Shown here: piece after piece, positions 29,927 to 40,544 of the stretch
How positions within the stretch are numbered: position 1 is the first letter of the stretch
How the letters are laid out: every line of letters begins with the position of its first letter
Source: Methanobacteriota archaeon
GTDB taxonomy: Archaea > Thermoplasmatota > Thermoplasmata > SG8-5 > JAGLSY01
Reading direction: 5' to 3'
Length of the DNA: 64,000 nucleotides
Assembly: GCA_020697715.1 (NCBI GenBank)
Contig: JAEHCO010000004.1
Coordinates: forward strand, 1-64,000
Notes under the pieces: generated by a model
What the model saw: the letters and a program-made list of their open reading frames with translations, nothing else
Told to the model about the DNA's origin: nothing
The model's database searches: none
Translations under genes and position numbers: made by a program

Positions 29927-30274
29927 TCACTTCAGAAAATCTTCCCTCGGTGGACTGAACACATCGATAACAATAGAGTCCTTGAGAAAGACCGCGCCAT
30001 GCAAGACATTTCCGGGGATGATATAACCATCCCCGGTCTTTGTTCTTCTTTTTTCTCCGCCTATTATGAAATCCGCTTCGCCTTTTATCATGATACCCTG
30101 TTGTTCATGAGGATGCTCATGTTCTGGAAAGACCGAGCCCTCTTTGATGAAGTATCTGACCATCATCATCTTTTCATCCTGTGCCCTTCCAGATAAAACT
30201 TGTTGAAACACTCCGGGAAGGATCTCCTTCGATGTAACTTCACTTTGATCGAAATAATGTGTCATGTCAATCAT
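29927..30274 (-). CDS. Cupin domain protein
   Basis: FPEHEHPHEQ.G, IPGNVLHG, IDVFSPPRED. Confidence 0.9.
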   Translation of the reverse strand: MIDMTHYFDQSEVTSKEILPGVFQQVLSGRAQDEKMMMVRYFIKEGSVFPEHEHPHEQQGIMIKGEADFIIGGEKRRTKTGDGYIIPGNVLHGAVFLKDSIVIDVFSPPREDFLK

Positions 30275-30341
30275 ACCTTTGATATGTTCTATGTATTATT
30301 TGATATACATTATTAGTGTATATACTATTACTATCATCTAA

Positions 30342-31349
30342 TTATTTACTCTGTCCTTTTTCAATATGATGACCCAATACCATATCCACGATCTCTGCGA
30401 CATCCTCTATCGAGGCCCATGTACTGTCATTGATGACCGTGTTCGCCTTGGTGGCCTCCACCATGGCATCTCTCATTTTAGGAATGTCAATATCATTATC
30501 CTTCAGGATATTGATGATCGCATCCATTGATTTGGAAGGGATGTCAGCCCTCTCCAATAATTTCCTTGAATTGTCTATCACGATCTTTAGCCCATCAAGC
30601 TCTCTTTTGTTCTTCTCAAGGAATTCATCGGGATCTTCCTTGAAACTTTCCACCCTTCGCACGATCTCTATCCTTTCTTCAATGTCCTTTATGCTTCTTG
30701 TGTGAACCACCAATTGGAATTGCCTAATGATATCTTCATCCATCTCACCTTCAGATAGATTCATTGTCGCGATCAATGTGAATTGAGCAGGGTGAGTGAA
30801 TGACATCTCACCTTTTTTGCACGTATAGAGACCCGTACTCCGAATATCCAATAATGTTTTTATCAGATCTTCATCTTGAAGGTTGGCTCTTTCCATCAGG
30901 ATATACCCTCTATTGGCAATAGATATCAAACCAGGAACAAAGGTACCGTCCTTTTCAAAGGTGCCGAATATCCTTTCCTTTGATGTTCCGACAGGCAAGA
31001 TCATAAAAGAGGTTGGGATCTGGACTATATCATCTTCCTTGGTCTCGATCTCTTTGCATATGTCGCAGAGAAAGAGCTTATTGCTATGATCGCAATTGGA
31101 TGAACAGTGTGTGGATATCTCGAGATCGGGAAGTAAAGCTTGTAATCCCATGGATGCTGTTACCTTTCCCGTACCATTCTCTCCGATGATCGCAATAGAG
31201 CTTATTCGAGGATTGGCTGAAACAAGTATAAGGCCTTTCTTCATTGCTTGCTGACCGACTATTCCAGTGAAAGGGAAGAAAAATTTATCCTTCTTCTTAT
31301 TGAATTTGGAAAGATCCTCAAAATCAAGATTATCATTATCCTCATGCAT
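30342..31349 (-). CDS. ChlI/CobS-like (Mg-chelatase subunit I) AAA+ protein with degenerate motifs
   Basis: FPFTGIVGQ start, GENGTGKVT, PGLISIANRG, HPAQFTLIATMN..EGE; Walker B reads ILMER. Confidence 0.85.
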   Translation of the reverse strand: MHEDNDNLDFEDLSKFNKKKDKFFFPFTGIVGQQAMKKGLILVSANPRISSIAIIGENGTGKVTASMGLQALLPDLEISTHCSSNCDHSNKLFLCDICKEIETKEDDIVQIPTSFMILPVGTSKERIFGTFEKDGTFVPGLISIANRGYILMERANLQDEDLIKTLLDIRSTGLYTCKKGEMSFTHPAQFTLIATMNLSEGEMDEDIIRQFQLVVHTRSIKDIEERIEIVRRVESFKEDPDEFLEKNKRELDGLKIVIDNSRKLLERADIPSKSMDAIINILKDNDIDIPKMRDAMVEATKANTVINDSTWASIEDVAEIVDMVLGHHIEKGQSK

Positions 31350-34107
31350 ATTGCATCACCATGCCCTTCAAAGAGCGTGAGATATAATCCTGCATCTCCT
31401 TACTTGTCAATGCGGCCAATGGTAAGACCATCTTGGAAGCATTGATTATATCCATATCATCAACTTTCTTCGAGCCCCTTATTGCCGCAAGGGTCTTTGC
31501 CACTTTTTCTACATTGAACTCGGTGCTATTGCCCACAACATCGAAATCATTGCATATTCTCACAATAAGATCCAGTTGTGAATCCAAAATACTAACCTCA
31601 TTGAAAAGTTCCTGGCCACTGATAACAGAAGATGTTGCTTTGTCTATGTCCGCCAATATCTGTTTGCTGAACATCTCGGGGTTGGATCCAAACTCCTCAA
31701 GGTATTCCAATGATTTCAATTTGATCATTGTTCTATCCTGATCAGTTGCTTCTATCATTGCCGTCATGTGATCGATGATAACAGGATGTATCTCCGCTTC
31801 GGGATCGCTAACTGTCCCTATGACAAGTGTCCTACAGGGATTCTCAATGATGACACTGCCCTTCTCCACAAGGTTCGTCTTCGTGCTCATGACCTGCGCC
31901 ATTGCATCTGCGATATCCAGATTTAATAGATCCACATTCTCTATGAAGACAATTCCTCGATGTGCCCTGCTGAGTAGATTGGGCGAGATCACGTAATTAA
32001 CGAATATCTCTCCTTTCAATTGCTTTAAACCAACTTCAGGAGGCAGGAAAACAACAGGCATGGGCTGTTCTTCTATCTCAAGAGTATCATCATGATATTT
32101 CAAACGACATTCAGGACAGAATTCCTCCGGACGATTTGGGTCGCATTCGAATTTACAATCTTTGGGGACCATCAAATGTAGTGACATATCCTGCAATGAT
32201 CTCAATGCGGTCCTTACAGCATCGGCATTGAAACCCATGATCATCACCCCTCCGATCTCGTCCTTTGCGACCAGGGTGGACATTAACTTGTCTCTGATGA
32301 TCTCCGCCTCGGCAACACTTTCACTGATCTTGATAAAAGGAACTAAGTTGGGAGAGATCTCGATAGAACCGGGCTTAAGTCTCGATTGATTCCTTAGGAT
32401 CTCTATCGCTTCCACCGCTTCCAATTCCGTTACCTCGGATTTCATCTTTTTTGCGGCCATGACCTTCGCCATTGCTTTCAATTTAGGTGGAAAGCAATCT
32501 TCCTTGCTCAGGTCCTGACTGTAAACATCCAGGGCCATGTTCAATATGTCGGGAGTTGAGACACCACGCAGCATTTTCCTTGCCTTTATCATCTCCATGA
32601 TGGTCTCTTTACGGCCTCTATCCAATTTATTCTCGAAACCTGCAGGATCTGAATCGAATTCTTTCTCATATTGTATGAATTTGGTATTGTATTCGAGATT
32701 CTTCTCGGGTTCGGTGTCTATAACCAGGGTCATCTGACCTTCAAGTTCCTTTGGTACGGTAGCTTCATCATTGCTCAATGTCCCAATGATGGAGAACTTT
32801 GTCGGGAAGGTCATTGACATGCCGTCTTTCTCAAGAGTATAGCTTCTGGTCTTCATGGTCTCGACCAGAATATCCACCACTTCCTCTGATAGTGTGTCGA
32901 TATCCTTGATGAACAGTATACCTCTATTGACCTTGTGCAAATGACTTGGAGTTGCCAGGAATCTGACAAATATATCCCCAATAAGTTCATCGGCTGTTCC
33001 AAAGGATGAAAGAGATACTATTGGATAGGTCCTGAGTGTGGTATTGATCTCAGGAGGTTCTTCCTGATCCACATATTTCAATTTACAATGATGACAGAAA
33101 GCAGCTGGGTCATCCGGGTCACAGCCCGAATGGCATCCGGATACTGCCTTGAACTCGATAGCGAGTGTGTCCAAATATGTAAGGACATCCGATACCATAT
33201 TTCTATCCTCGGCTTTGAAAAGCATTCCAGTCATATTCGGATCGACAAGTGCCAATGTTACGAGCTCCAGAACTTTATCGAACTTCATGACATTATCGAT
33301 AGAGGTGGCAGATTCCAGAACATCTGAATGGTCGATCTTGAAATATTTACCATCACACAGGTCCGCGATCTCCTGGGCCATGTCCGACCCTTTGATATTG
33401 ACATCTATGACCAGAACAGGAATATTGTGTTTCTGGATATTAGCCGCTGTCTCCCTTATCTCATTGTCAACATTCACACCAGGAACGAGAGGGGTATTAG
33501 CAGATCCATCGGTTACGATCAAAAGAAGGGAATTTGTATCCTTCTCCACCCTGGTCTTTGTCAAAAGATTCTCCATCCCCCTGCGCATTCCTGCCGCGAG
33601 AGGGGTCGTACCACCGAATTGGAGCTGTTCAATGAATTGATTGCCCTTCTCAACACTGGATGTGAAAGGAAGGACCACTTCTGCTGAACGACCATAGCAG
33701 ACCACCAGAGAAATTCTATCTCGCTTCTGATATATGTCCAGCATAAGGCCATTGAGGGAATCCTTGATACCACGCATCTTCGCATCCATCACCATGGAGC
33801 TGGATGTGTCGAGGACCAAACAGATGAGAGTGGATATCTTCCGTCTCCTCACCTTTTCCTTGTAATCCGACTTCTTAACATGGACCTTTCCCCCCCGGGA
33901 ATTTATTATAGCGGATGTTATAGTGGGCAATAAAGCCAGATCACTGGCATCCCCGGATTTGGGAGTTCGATAACGAATATATTTACCCTGCTTACCAACG
34001 GTGATGATCTCGGTTCGACGTCCAGACCTGACCGTGCCTGTGACTATACGCCTATTCTTCTTTCTCAGAAGATCATCCATCGCCTTCTTCAGTTCCTTCG
34101 ATGCCAC
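31342..34107 (-). CDS. VWA domain fused to two degenerate ChlI-like AAA modules
   Basis: MIDAS LDTSSSM, GGTTPL, VTDG; two Cys4 + (A)HRGI.FI modules; start placed at GTG 34107 after AGGTG (ORF track extends to 34209). Confidence 0.8.
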   Translation of the reverse strand: MASKELKKAMDDLLRKKNRRIVTGTVRSGRRTEIITVGKQGKYIRYRTPKSGDASDLALLPTITSAIINSRGGKVHVKKSDYKEKVRRRKISTLICLVLDTSSSMVMDAKMRGIKDSLNGLMLDIYQKRDRISLVVCYGRSAEVVLPFTSSVEKGNQFIEQLQFGGTTPLAAGMRRGMENLLTKTRVEKDTNSLLLIVTDGSANTPLVPGVNVDNEIRETAANIQKHNIPVLVIDVNIKGSDMAQEIADLCDGKYFKIDHSDVLESATSIDNVMKFDKVLELVTLALVDPNMTGMLFKAEDRNMVSDVLTYLDTLAIEFKAVSGCHSGCDPDDPAAFCHHCKLKYVDQEEPPEINTTLRTYPIVSLSSFGTADELIGDIFVRFLATPSHLHKVNRGILFIKDIDTLSEEVVDILVETMKTRSYTLEKDGMSMTFPTKFSIIGTLSNDEATVPKELEGQMTLVIDTEPEKNLEYNTKFIQYEKEFDSDPAGFENKLDRGRKETIMEMIKARKMLRGVSTPDILNMALDVYSQDLSKEDCFPPKLKAMAKVMAAKKMKSEVTELEAVEAIEILRNQSRLKPGSIEISPNLVPFIKISESVAEAEIIRDKLMSTLVAKDEIGGVMIMGFNADAVRTALRSLQDMSLHLMVPKDCKFECDPNRPEEFCPECRLKYHDDTLEIEEQPMPVVFLPPEVGLKQLKGEIFVNYVISPNLLSRAHRGIVFIENVDLLNLDIADAMAQVMSTKTNLVEKGSVIIENPCRTLVIGTVSDPEAEIHPVIIDHMTAMIEATDQDRTMIKLKSLEYLEEFGSNPEMFSKQILADIDKATSSVISGQELFNEVSILDSQLDLIVRICNDFDVVGNSTEFNVEKVAKTLAAIRGSKKVDDMDIINASKMVLPLAALTSKEMQDYISRSLKGMVMQYA

Positions 34108-34393
34108 TTTAAAAACACCTGTATATATGCATATATTCCCATTTATTTTGCAGACTTTGTCTGCAACGATATAGGGTTCCTCGCCCAAGTACAAAATGCT
34201 CCTATACATATTAAAACATTTGCTATGAGAGATACAGGCGTGCGACCAGAAATATAAATTAATATTTAAATATTAATTATTTTAAAATATTAATTATATT
34301 ATATGATTATTTTAAATTTATATTTATAATTATATCTGCATAATACAATGGACAATAATAGCACGATATAATTATCAAATAATAAATATATAA

Positions 34394-34984
34394 TTATAAT
34401 TTATTAATATCCAGTTGATTAAGGAAAATGGTTATACAATGATTAGCATGGAGTTTATTCGGACCCAATGATATTGGAAGAGGATCATGATCTTTGACCA
34501 TATTTTCTTCATCTTCGGTGAGATCATACTGCCCACCCAGAACCACCACAAGGTCATCATCTATATCCGAATTTTGAATAGATGTTCCGGTTTCCATGAG
34601 GTGGACGAACTTGCGACCCCTAAAACTTTCAAGCACTTCCTTTAACCCTCTGCGAGACACATAAACACCAGGTGATGTGTTCATCTCCTCATCATCACCT
34701 ATTGTCTGCATGAGCGCATTCTTCACAAGGGCGGCAGTACTCCTCTCATCCGGATTGAGATATTTTATCTTGGAACCATCGAACCTTATGGTCTTGGGAG
34801 CATCAGACTCGCCAAGAAGGACCAGGTGTATCTCCACATCTCTGCGAATATCATTGGATAGAAAGAAAGTGGAGTTCACACATCGGAGTAAAATATCAAG
34901 TCTACCAGTTGAACCTGCCAGATCATTGAGTGTGAAAAGTCCATCTGTATTCACTCTGTGGCCGACAACTACGAACACAGGCAT
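34394..34984 (-). CDS. trmY: tRNA (pseudouridine54-N1)-methyltransferase
   Basis: FTLNDLAGSTGRLDILLRC, LSNDIRRD, LNPDERS, SPGVYV, ISLGP..LHANHCI. Confidence 0.93.
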   Translation of the reverse strand: MPVFVVVGHRVNTDGLFTLNDLAGSTGRLDILLRCVNSTFFLSNDIRRDVEIHLVLLGESDAPKTIRFDGSKIKYLNPDERSTAALVKNALMQTIGDDEEMNTSPGVYVSRRGLKEVLESFRGRKFVHLMETGTSIQNSDIDDDLVVVLGGQYDLTEDEENMVKDHDPLPISLGPNKLHANHCITIFLNQLDINKL

Positions 34985-34988
34985 TATA

Positions 34989-36332
34989 TCACATTCCAAA
35001 CTGAGACATATCTCCAGATTTCATCTGTTTCTGGAGCTGTTTTCTCATCTTTCGATTTCCCATGATACCTTTCATCTGCTTTCTGGACATATTGTAATGA
35101 GATAGAAGTTCCCTTACATCCTTCGTGGTCATGCCACATCCCATTGCGATCCTCTTCACCCGGGATGCTTTGATTATCTTGGGGTCAGTAAGCTCTTCCT
35201 CGGTCATGGAGCTCATTATGATCTTGAACTTACTCAATTTATCCTGGGTCTTTTCCAGATCGTCATCGGACATCTGACCTGTAGCACCAGGAAGCATGCC
35301 CATTATCTTCTTCAAAGGACCCATATTGGCCAGCATCTCCATCTGGTCACGCATCTCTATGAGCGTGAACTTACCGCTCATTATCTTATTCATGGTCTCC
35401 TCGGCCATGTCCTCATCTATGGCGCCCTGTGCGGTCTCAAGGAGGGATTCGATATCTCCCATTCCCAAAAGGCGTGATATGAACCTATTGGGTACGAAGG
35501 ATTCTATATCTTCAATATGCTCGCCAGTTCCAATGAACACGATGGGAGCCTCTGTTTCAGATACTGCGGAGATGGCACCTCCACCCTTGGCACTACCATC
35601 CAATTTTGTAATGATCACACTGGTGACATCAACAGCATCATGAAAGGCCTTGGCCTGTGGGCCAGCTTGCTGACCGATGGTGGCATCCATCACCAGGATC
35701 TTCTCTGTTGGCTTGGCCACTTTGGATATGGCCATGACCTCATTGATCAGGTCCTTCTCCAGGCTATGGCGCCCGGCGGTATCTATTATTATAATGTCAT
35801 AAGTATTAAAATGATCCAGTCCATTCTTGACCAGTTTGGGAGCTTTCTTCTGACCAGGCTCTCCATATACAGGAACATCAATAAGTTCCCCAATCTGACT
35901 CAATTGATCATGAGCCGCGGGTCTGTGTATGTCAGCCGCTATAAGTCCAACTTTTCGGCCCTTCTTCTTGAAATGCCTGGCAAGCTTTCCACAAGTGGTG
36001 GTCTTACCATTTCCGTACAAGCCGACCATCATGATGATCTGCTTCTTGGTATCCAGTTCCTTCTTCTCACCCAATATACCGACCAGTTCATCATAGATGA
36101 TCTGAATGACATGGGCCTTGGAGCTCATTCCAGGCTTTGGCTTCTCTGTAAGGGCTCTCTTCTCGATCTCCTTGGTCAGCTGGAGAGTCAGTTTTACATT
36201 GACATCAGCCTGTAAAAGCGCGCGCTGGATCTCCTTGACCAGGTCTTTGATGACCTTCTGATCGATATTCGGAGAATTCGCAACTTTCTTCAGAGCATCA
36301 CGTAGTGATGAGCCTAATTTATCCAATACCAT
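34989..36332 (-). CDS. srp54: Signal recognition particle protein SRP54
   Basis: ALLQADV, GLYGNGKTTT, DTAGRH, TKLDGSAKGGGA, FIGTGE, RLLGMGD, Met-rich M domain. Confidence 0.97.
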   Translation of the reverse strand: MVLDKLGSSLRDALKKVANSPNIDQKVIKDLVKEIQRALLQADVNVKLTLQLTKEIEKRALTEKPKPGMSSKAHVIQIIYDELVGILGEKKELDTKKQIIMMVGLYGNGKTTTCGKLARHFKKKGRKVGLIAADIHRPAAHDQLSQIGELIDVPVYGEPGQKKAPKLVKNGLDHFNTYDIIIIDTAGRHSLEKDLINEVMAISKVAKPTEKILVMDATIGQQAGPQAKAFHDAVDVTSVIITKLDGSAKGGGAISAVSETEAPIVFIGTGEHIEDIESFVPNRFISRLLGMGDIESLLETAQGAIDEDMAEETMNKIMSGKFTLIEMRDQMEMLANMGPLKKIMGMLPGATGQMSDDDLEKTQDKLSKFKIIMSSMTEEELTDPKIIKASRVKRIAMGCGMTTKDVRELLSHYNMSRKQMKGIMGNRKMRKQLQKQMKSGDMSQFGM

Positions 36333-36437
36333 TGTGGCTGTTTAATGAGAGGGGGGATATAAGGGTTTTGTAGGCACGGGTGCATGATGCGAGTATGATG
36401 CGTAATAGATTTTCCATGTAGGTATCAGACATCAATT

Positions 36438-37112
36438 CTATTTGTCCTGGATCCACTTCATCATCTTGAAGGCACAGACTGCGGCACCGAACCCATTATC
36501 AATATTCACAACAGATATACCTGGCGCACAGGAATTGAGCATTGACAAAAGCGCGGCAATGCCCTCATAACTTGTGCCATAGCCAACAGATGTCGGCACG
36601 GCGATCAGAGGCTGTTTGACTCTGCCAGCTATAACTGAAGGCAAGGCACCTTCCATGCCTGCGACCACGATGATCGCATCAACCTTATTCTCGTCGATCA
36701 CCTTGAGGGCTTCATCAACTCTGTGAAAACCCGCAACCCCACAGTCATAGAAGCGATATACTTCCAGACCCAGGTATTCAGCCGAGATGCTGGCTTCCTC
36801 AGCGACAAAATAATCAGAAGAGCCCGCACTGAGCACGGCGATGGAGCCGATGACATCTGGCTTTTTGACATCCTTATCAGATATTATCATGATGCCAGAT
36901 AGATTGTCGGTCTTCTCCACGCGCATATCGAAATTATCAAGGAGAAGGGACAATTGTTCCTCACTGGCCTTAGTTACAAGAACTCTTTTACCTGGAAGAA
37001 GACCATTTATCACCTTCAGCAATGAGCTATCATCCTTAAAACGAGCCAGCACCACCTCTGGAATATTTGTCTTGTGACTTCTATGTGGGTCTACATTGTG
37101 ATTGTTATTCAT
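36438..37112 (-). CDS. larB: Nickel-pincer nucleotide cofactor biosynthesis protein LarB
   Basis: D..R......PEVV, AGSSD..VAEEA, DCGVAG.HR, VAGMEGALPS, PTSVGYG, MLNSCAPG..VVNIDNGFGA; start placed at ATG 37112 overlapping the larE stop. Confidence 0.92.
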   Translation of the reverse strand: MNNNHNVDPHRSHKTNIPEVVLARFKDDSSLLKVINGLLPGKRVLVTKASEEQLSLLLDNFDMRVEKTDNLSGIMIISDKDVKKPDVIGSIAVLSAGSSDYFVAEEASISAEYLGLEVYRFYDCGVAGFHRVDEALKVIDENKVDAIIVVAGMEGALPSVIAGRVKQPLIAVPTSVGYGTSYEGIAALLSMLNSCAPGISVVNIDNGFGAAVCAFKMMKWIQDK

Positions 37113-37956
37113 CGAAGTTTCCCGTCCTATATCCTTCAAGGTCCAGCGTGATATGCCTGAAACCAAGAGCCTTGAATTCAGGAATTGATCCTTTCAATTT
37201 AATGATATCGATTTCCTCTTCCCTTCCCAACTCGATCCTGGCCATGCCATCATGAACCCTCACCCGGACATCCCTATATCCCATATCACGTAGGACAAGC
37301 TCTGCCTTCTCCACCCTGGCAAGTCCCACGATAGTGAGCTCGGTATTATAGGGAAATCTGGTCGCCAAGCATGCCATGGCAGGGTGATCCCATGTCCTAA
37401 GACCCAGATATCTTGAGATCTTACGAATATCGGTTTTGCCCATACCAGCATCCAAGAAGGGACTAATCACACCTTTCTCCTCGATCGCCCTCCTACCCGG
37501 GCGATACTCGCCCAGATCATCAGTATTGGAGCCCTCGAAGATGATATCGATGCCTTCCTCCTTTCCAATATCAATAAGGGCATCCAATAGGCTAGATTTA
37601 CAATGATAGCATCTTTCTGGATGATTATTTCGAATGGGGTCTTTATCAAGGGCATCGAACTCCACGATCCTGTGTTCCAGCTGGTTCTCCTTGGCAAGGT
37701 CAATAGCACGATCCATTTCACCATGTGATATAAGAAAAGAATTGAAGGTGATGCACAAACATCGATCCAGAAGTCTTGTGGAAAGGTGGGAAAGAAGTGC
37801 GGAGTCAGTACCTCCAGAATAGGCAATGATCGCCTTCTTATGGCTGGCTATCGCTTCACAGAGTAAGGCGAACCTTTTCGCCAGGTTCGCATCATCTATT
37901 TTTATATCTGCCAGTTCTTTTGAAAAACGCAGTTCCGCTTGCCCGGACATCATCAT
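37105..37956 (-). CDS. larE: ATP-dependent sulfur insertase LarE (PP-loop; CxxC...C type)
   Basis: AYSGGTDS, RCYHCK, GSNTDD...RPG, ACLATRFPY, VRVRVH...ARIE, TLDLEGYR.G; exact start uncertain (37950-38001). Confidence 0.92.
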   Translation of the reverse strand: MMMSGQAELRFSKELADIKIDDANLAKRFALLCEAIASHKKAIIAYSGGTDSALLSHLSTRLLDRCLCITFNSFLISHGEMDRAIDLAKENQLEHRIVEFDALDKDPIRNNHPERCYHCKSSLLDALIDIGKEEGIDIIFEGSNTDDLGEYRPGRRAIEEKGVISPFLDAGMGKTDIRKISRYLGLRTWDHPAMACLATRFPYNTELTIVGLARVEKAELVLRDMGYRDVRVRVHDGMARIELGREEEIDIIKLKGSIPEFKALGFRHITLDLEGYRTGNFDE

Positions 37957-38033
37957 TTCATAAAGGTGCATGACCCTACTTAATATTATTGAAGGGAGCA
38001 CAAATTTATAGGAATATGGCTTGATGCCCCCTC

Positions 38034-38771
38034 ATGTACTTTATCGACTCGAGTATGGGTGTTGCGGGCGATATGCTCCTGAGTTCCTTCATAGACCTTG
38101 ATATTCTTGATAGGGAGAAGGTACGCAGGGTTCTTGAAACTGCGGGCAATGTGATGGGGCCAACCAGTGTGAATATAAGAAAGATAGATGAGCCATTAAA
38201 AGCAACTGGCCTGGATATCACCCATGGTGAATTCTCTCATATTTCAGGCAGGGAGATGCAAGAACATATCATGAAGGGCGCGGACATCATCGGACTCAGG
38301 CGTGGGAAGGATTTTGCCAGGAAAGTACTGGACACCATATTGGTAGCCGAGACCAAAGTTCACGAATGCTCGATGGATGATATCCATTTACATGAAACAG
38401 GGAGTCCAGACACCCTGGTGGACATACTGGGCATAGCTTATTTCTATGAGAAATTAAAATTATACGATGAGAAGATCTGTGGAACTCCCGTATCAGTAGG
38501 CGAAGGAAAGATCAAGATAGCGCATGGAACTGTGGATGTGCCAGCTCCAGCAACTGCCGAGATACTGCAGACCATGGATTTCAAGCCAGGGCCATATGAG
38601 GGTGAAATGGCGACGCCTACTGGGGTCGCAATTTTAAGCGGGCTTTTACAGATACAAATGGATATGCCTGACGAGATCCCACACAAAACAGGCACAGGAG
38701 TCGGCACGAAGGTATTTGGAGGTTCACCCGGAGCCCTGAAAGTGCATGTCATGGATGACGATCATGATTGA
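38034..38771 (+). CDS. larC: Nickel insertase LarC, N-terminal domain only
   Basis: YFID...GVAGDMLL, AE.KVH, HLHETG..DTLVDILG, AHG.V.VPAPAT, EMATPTG; ends at 245 aa. Confidence 0.85.
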   Translation: MYFIDSSMGVAGDMLLSSFIDLDILDREKVRRVLETAGNVMGPTSVNIRKIDEPLKATGLDITHGEFSHISGREMQEHIMKGADIIGLRRGKDFARKVLDTILVAETKVHECSMDDIHLHETGSPDTLVDILGIAYFYEKLKLYDEKICGTPVSVGEGKIKIAHGTVDVPAPATAEILQTMDFKPGPYEGEMATPTGVAILSGLLQIQMDMPDEIPHKTGTGVGTKVFGGSPGALKVHVMDDDHD

Positions 38772-38951
38772 GGATGATCGATGATTATGGACATTGAAAT
38801 AAATTATATTACACATAATTAATAATATTTAAAATATAATTTTAAATAAATATATTATAATATAAAATAAATGAATTATAATAATACATTAATATTGCAA
38901 GATATATATTTATAAATATATTAAATAACAATTATTTAATTACAGACATAA

Positions 38952-40016
38952 TTATTTTTTCTTGCCTTTTTTGATCATGACCTTGGCAGCCGTTTTAAAA
39001 GTATCCAGATCACCATCAACAAGCTCAAAAAGACCCGACACATCATAACCAGCCGCATACCAGTCCTTGATCTTTTTCACAAGGACTTCTTTCTTTTTAT
39101 CAGAGTCTATTTTTTTCTTTTTTGATGGTTGAGGCGCCTGATCTTCATCCTGTTCTACAACCTCATTTTCAGGTACTATTATCTCCAATTCCTTGAACTC
39201 ATCGCCGAGCATTTCGACAGTTCCGGCAATGTCATCAACGCCCTCCGAATCAGATTCCAAAATGGACGCCATCTGCTTCCTCATATCCTCCGGAAGTGCT
39301 GCGAAATCCTCATCCTCGGCAAGCTCATCAAGATATGCATTTGCGATATCACCCAATGTCTGATTCACCGCAGACATATCGATCTGCTCCATAGGCTTGC
39401 CACACACCTTACAATTGGCAGATTCGGCCTCGGTCACCGAATCACATGAAGGACATATCACAGTTTCTTCTTCTTTTTCACCCCTCATACTACTTACGAT
39501 GATCTTATTTGCGACCATCCTGGAGTAATTGGCACCGTGTTGGTCCCCATGAAAGGCCTTTTCCACGAATTCCTCGAGGCTCGTGATGCCGGATCTATAA
39601 AGATAAAGAGCCTTGCGCTTGGACACGCCAGGGATCATGGTGAGCTCTTCCAATCTCTTACGAGTCATTGGATCATCCAGATCGATAATTTCATAAATAT
39701 CGGTCTGAGCCTTGGGAGAAGATACAGATATTTCTTGCGTCTCGACATCAACAGAAAGCTTTGTCCAGCATGTCGTACATTTTTCAGAATTTGAAGGATT
39801 AAGGGTTCCACATATGGGGCATTTGATAGGTGTATCCGCCTGTTCATTTGGTTTGCCTGCATCGCCGTCTGCCTTCGCCCCTTCAGGTTCAGGCACCTTG
39901 GAGACCACCTGGATCACCTCTTCACCATCGGTCATCTCGGATATTGGTGCGGGATCCTTAACTGATTTCTCAGTACCTTCATCCTTTATTGGTATTTCAT
40001 CTGTCACGCACCCCAT
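38952..40016 (-). CDS. Zinc-ribbon + helix-hairpin-helix domain protein
   Basis: CPICG..CTTC and CPSC..CKVC ribbons; LTMIPGVSKRKA..LY..GI HhH; C-terminal KIKDW..AGYDVS; start uncertain (40007-40040). Confidence 0.8.
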   Translation of the reverse strand: MGCVTDEIPIKDEGTEKSVKDPAPISEMTDGEEVIQVVSKVPEPEGAKADGDAGKPNEQADTPIKCPICGTLNPSNSEKCTTCWTKLSVDVETQEISVSSPKAQTDIYEIIDLDDPMTRKRLEELTMIPGVSKRKALYLYRSGITSLEEFVEKAFHGDQHGANYSRMVANKIIVSSMRGEKEEETVICPSCDSVTEAESANCKVCGKPMEQIDMSAVNQTLGDIANAYLDELAEDEDFAALPEDMRKQMASILESDSEGVDDIAGTVEMLGDEFKELEIIVPENEVVEQDEDQAPQPSKKKKIDSDKKKEVLVKKIKDWYAAGYDVSGLFELVDGDLDTFKTAAKVMIKKGKKK

Positions 40017-40516
40017 ATTCCGGGGAAAATAGATAAACATTGTGTTTTTTATTAATTTGCATATAATTCATTATTTATAAACTAAATTACGTTATAAAGG
40101 CAACAATTAATCCAATATGCTTAATTTAATAATATATAATTACGGCAATAAAAATAAAACAATCAAGTTAAGCATAATACTTAATTAAACACCATAAACA
40201 ATTAAATCAGATAATTAATTAAGACTTAGCATTTGATTCAAGAGAAATTATGATAATTGTCCTCGAAAATAGGTGTTTTTGTGCCTAAGTTTGTACAAAA
40301 CATACAATTTCAACGATGGAGTGTACCCTTCACCTAGGAAAAACATAGTTTCATGCTGTTTTTATTATTTCGAGATAATATATATAGATCTTGAAAGGTC
40401 GAGCGATCGGATCATTATTATTAGATCAGATTAGAGTTTTTCAAAATTAATTTGGGAAAATGGCAAATGACATGAAAATTTGCCATCACCAAAAGATTTA
40501 TAAGCAGAATTATAAA

Positions 40517-40544
40517 ATGTCGTAAAAGATAGATTATACGACGT
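40517..40544. other. dif-like (Xer) recombination site, 11-6-11 architecture
   Basis: ATGTCGTAAAA-GATAGA-TTATACGACGT; arms 9/11 complementary; about 245 bp upstream of a Xer-type recombinase start. Confidence 0.7.

Noticed and set aside
30342-34107. Evidence for chlorophyll or cobalamin chelatase activity
   Set aside because: The ATPase motifs are degenerate, and no ChlH/CobN or tetrapyrrole genes are in the window.
38772-38951. Programmed frameshift into a larC2 ORF
   Set aside because: The downstream DNA is almost pure A/T with frequent stops, and the next gene is convergent within 180 bp.
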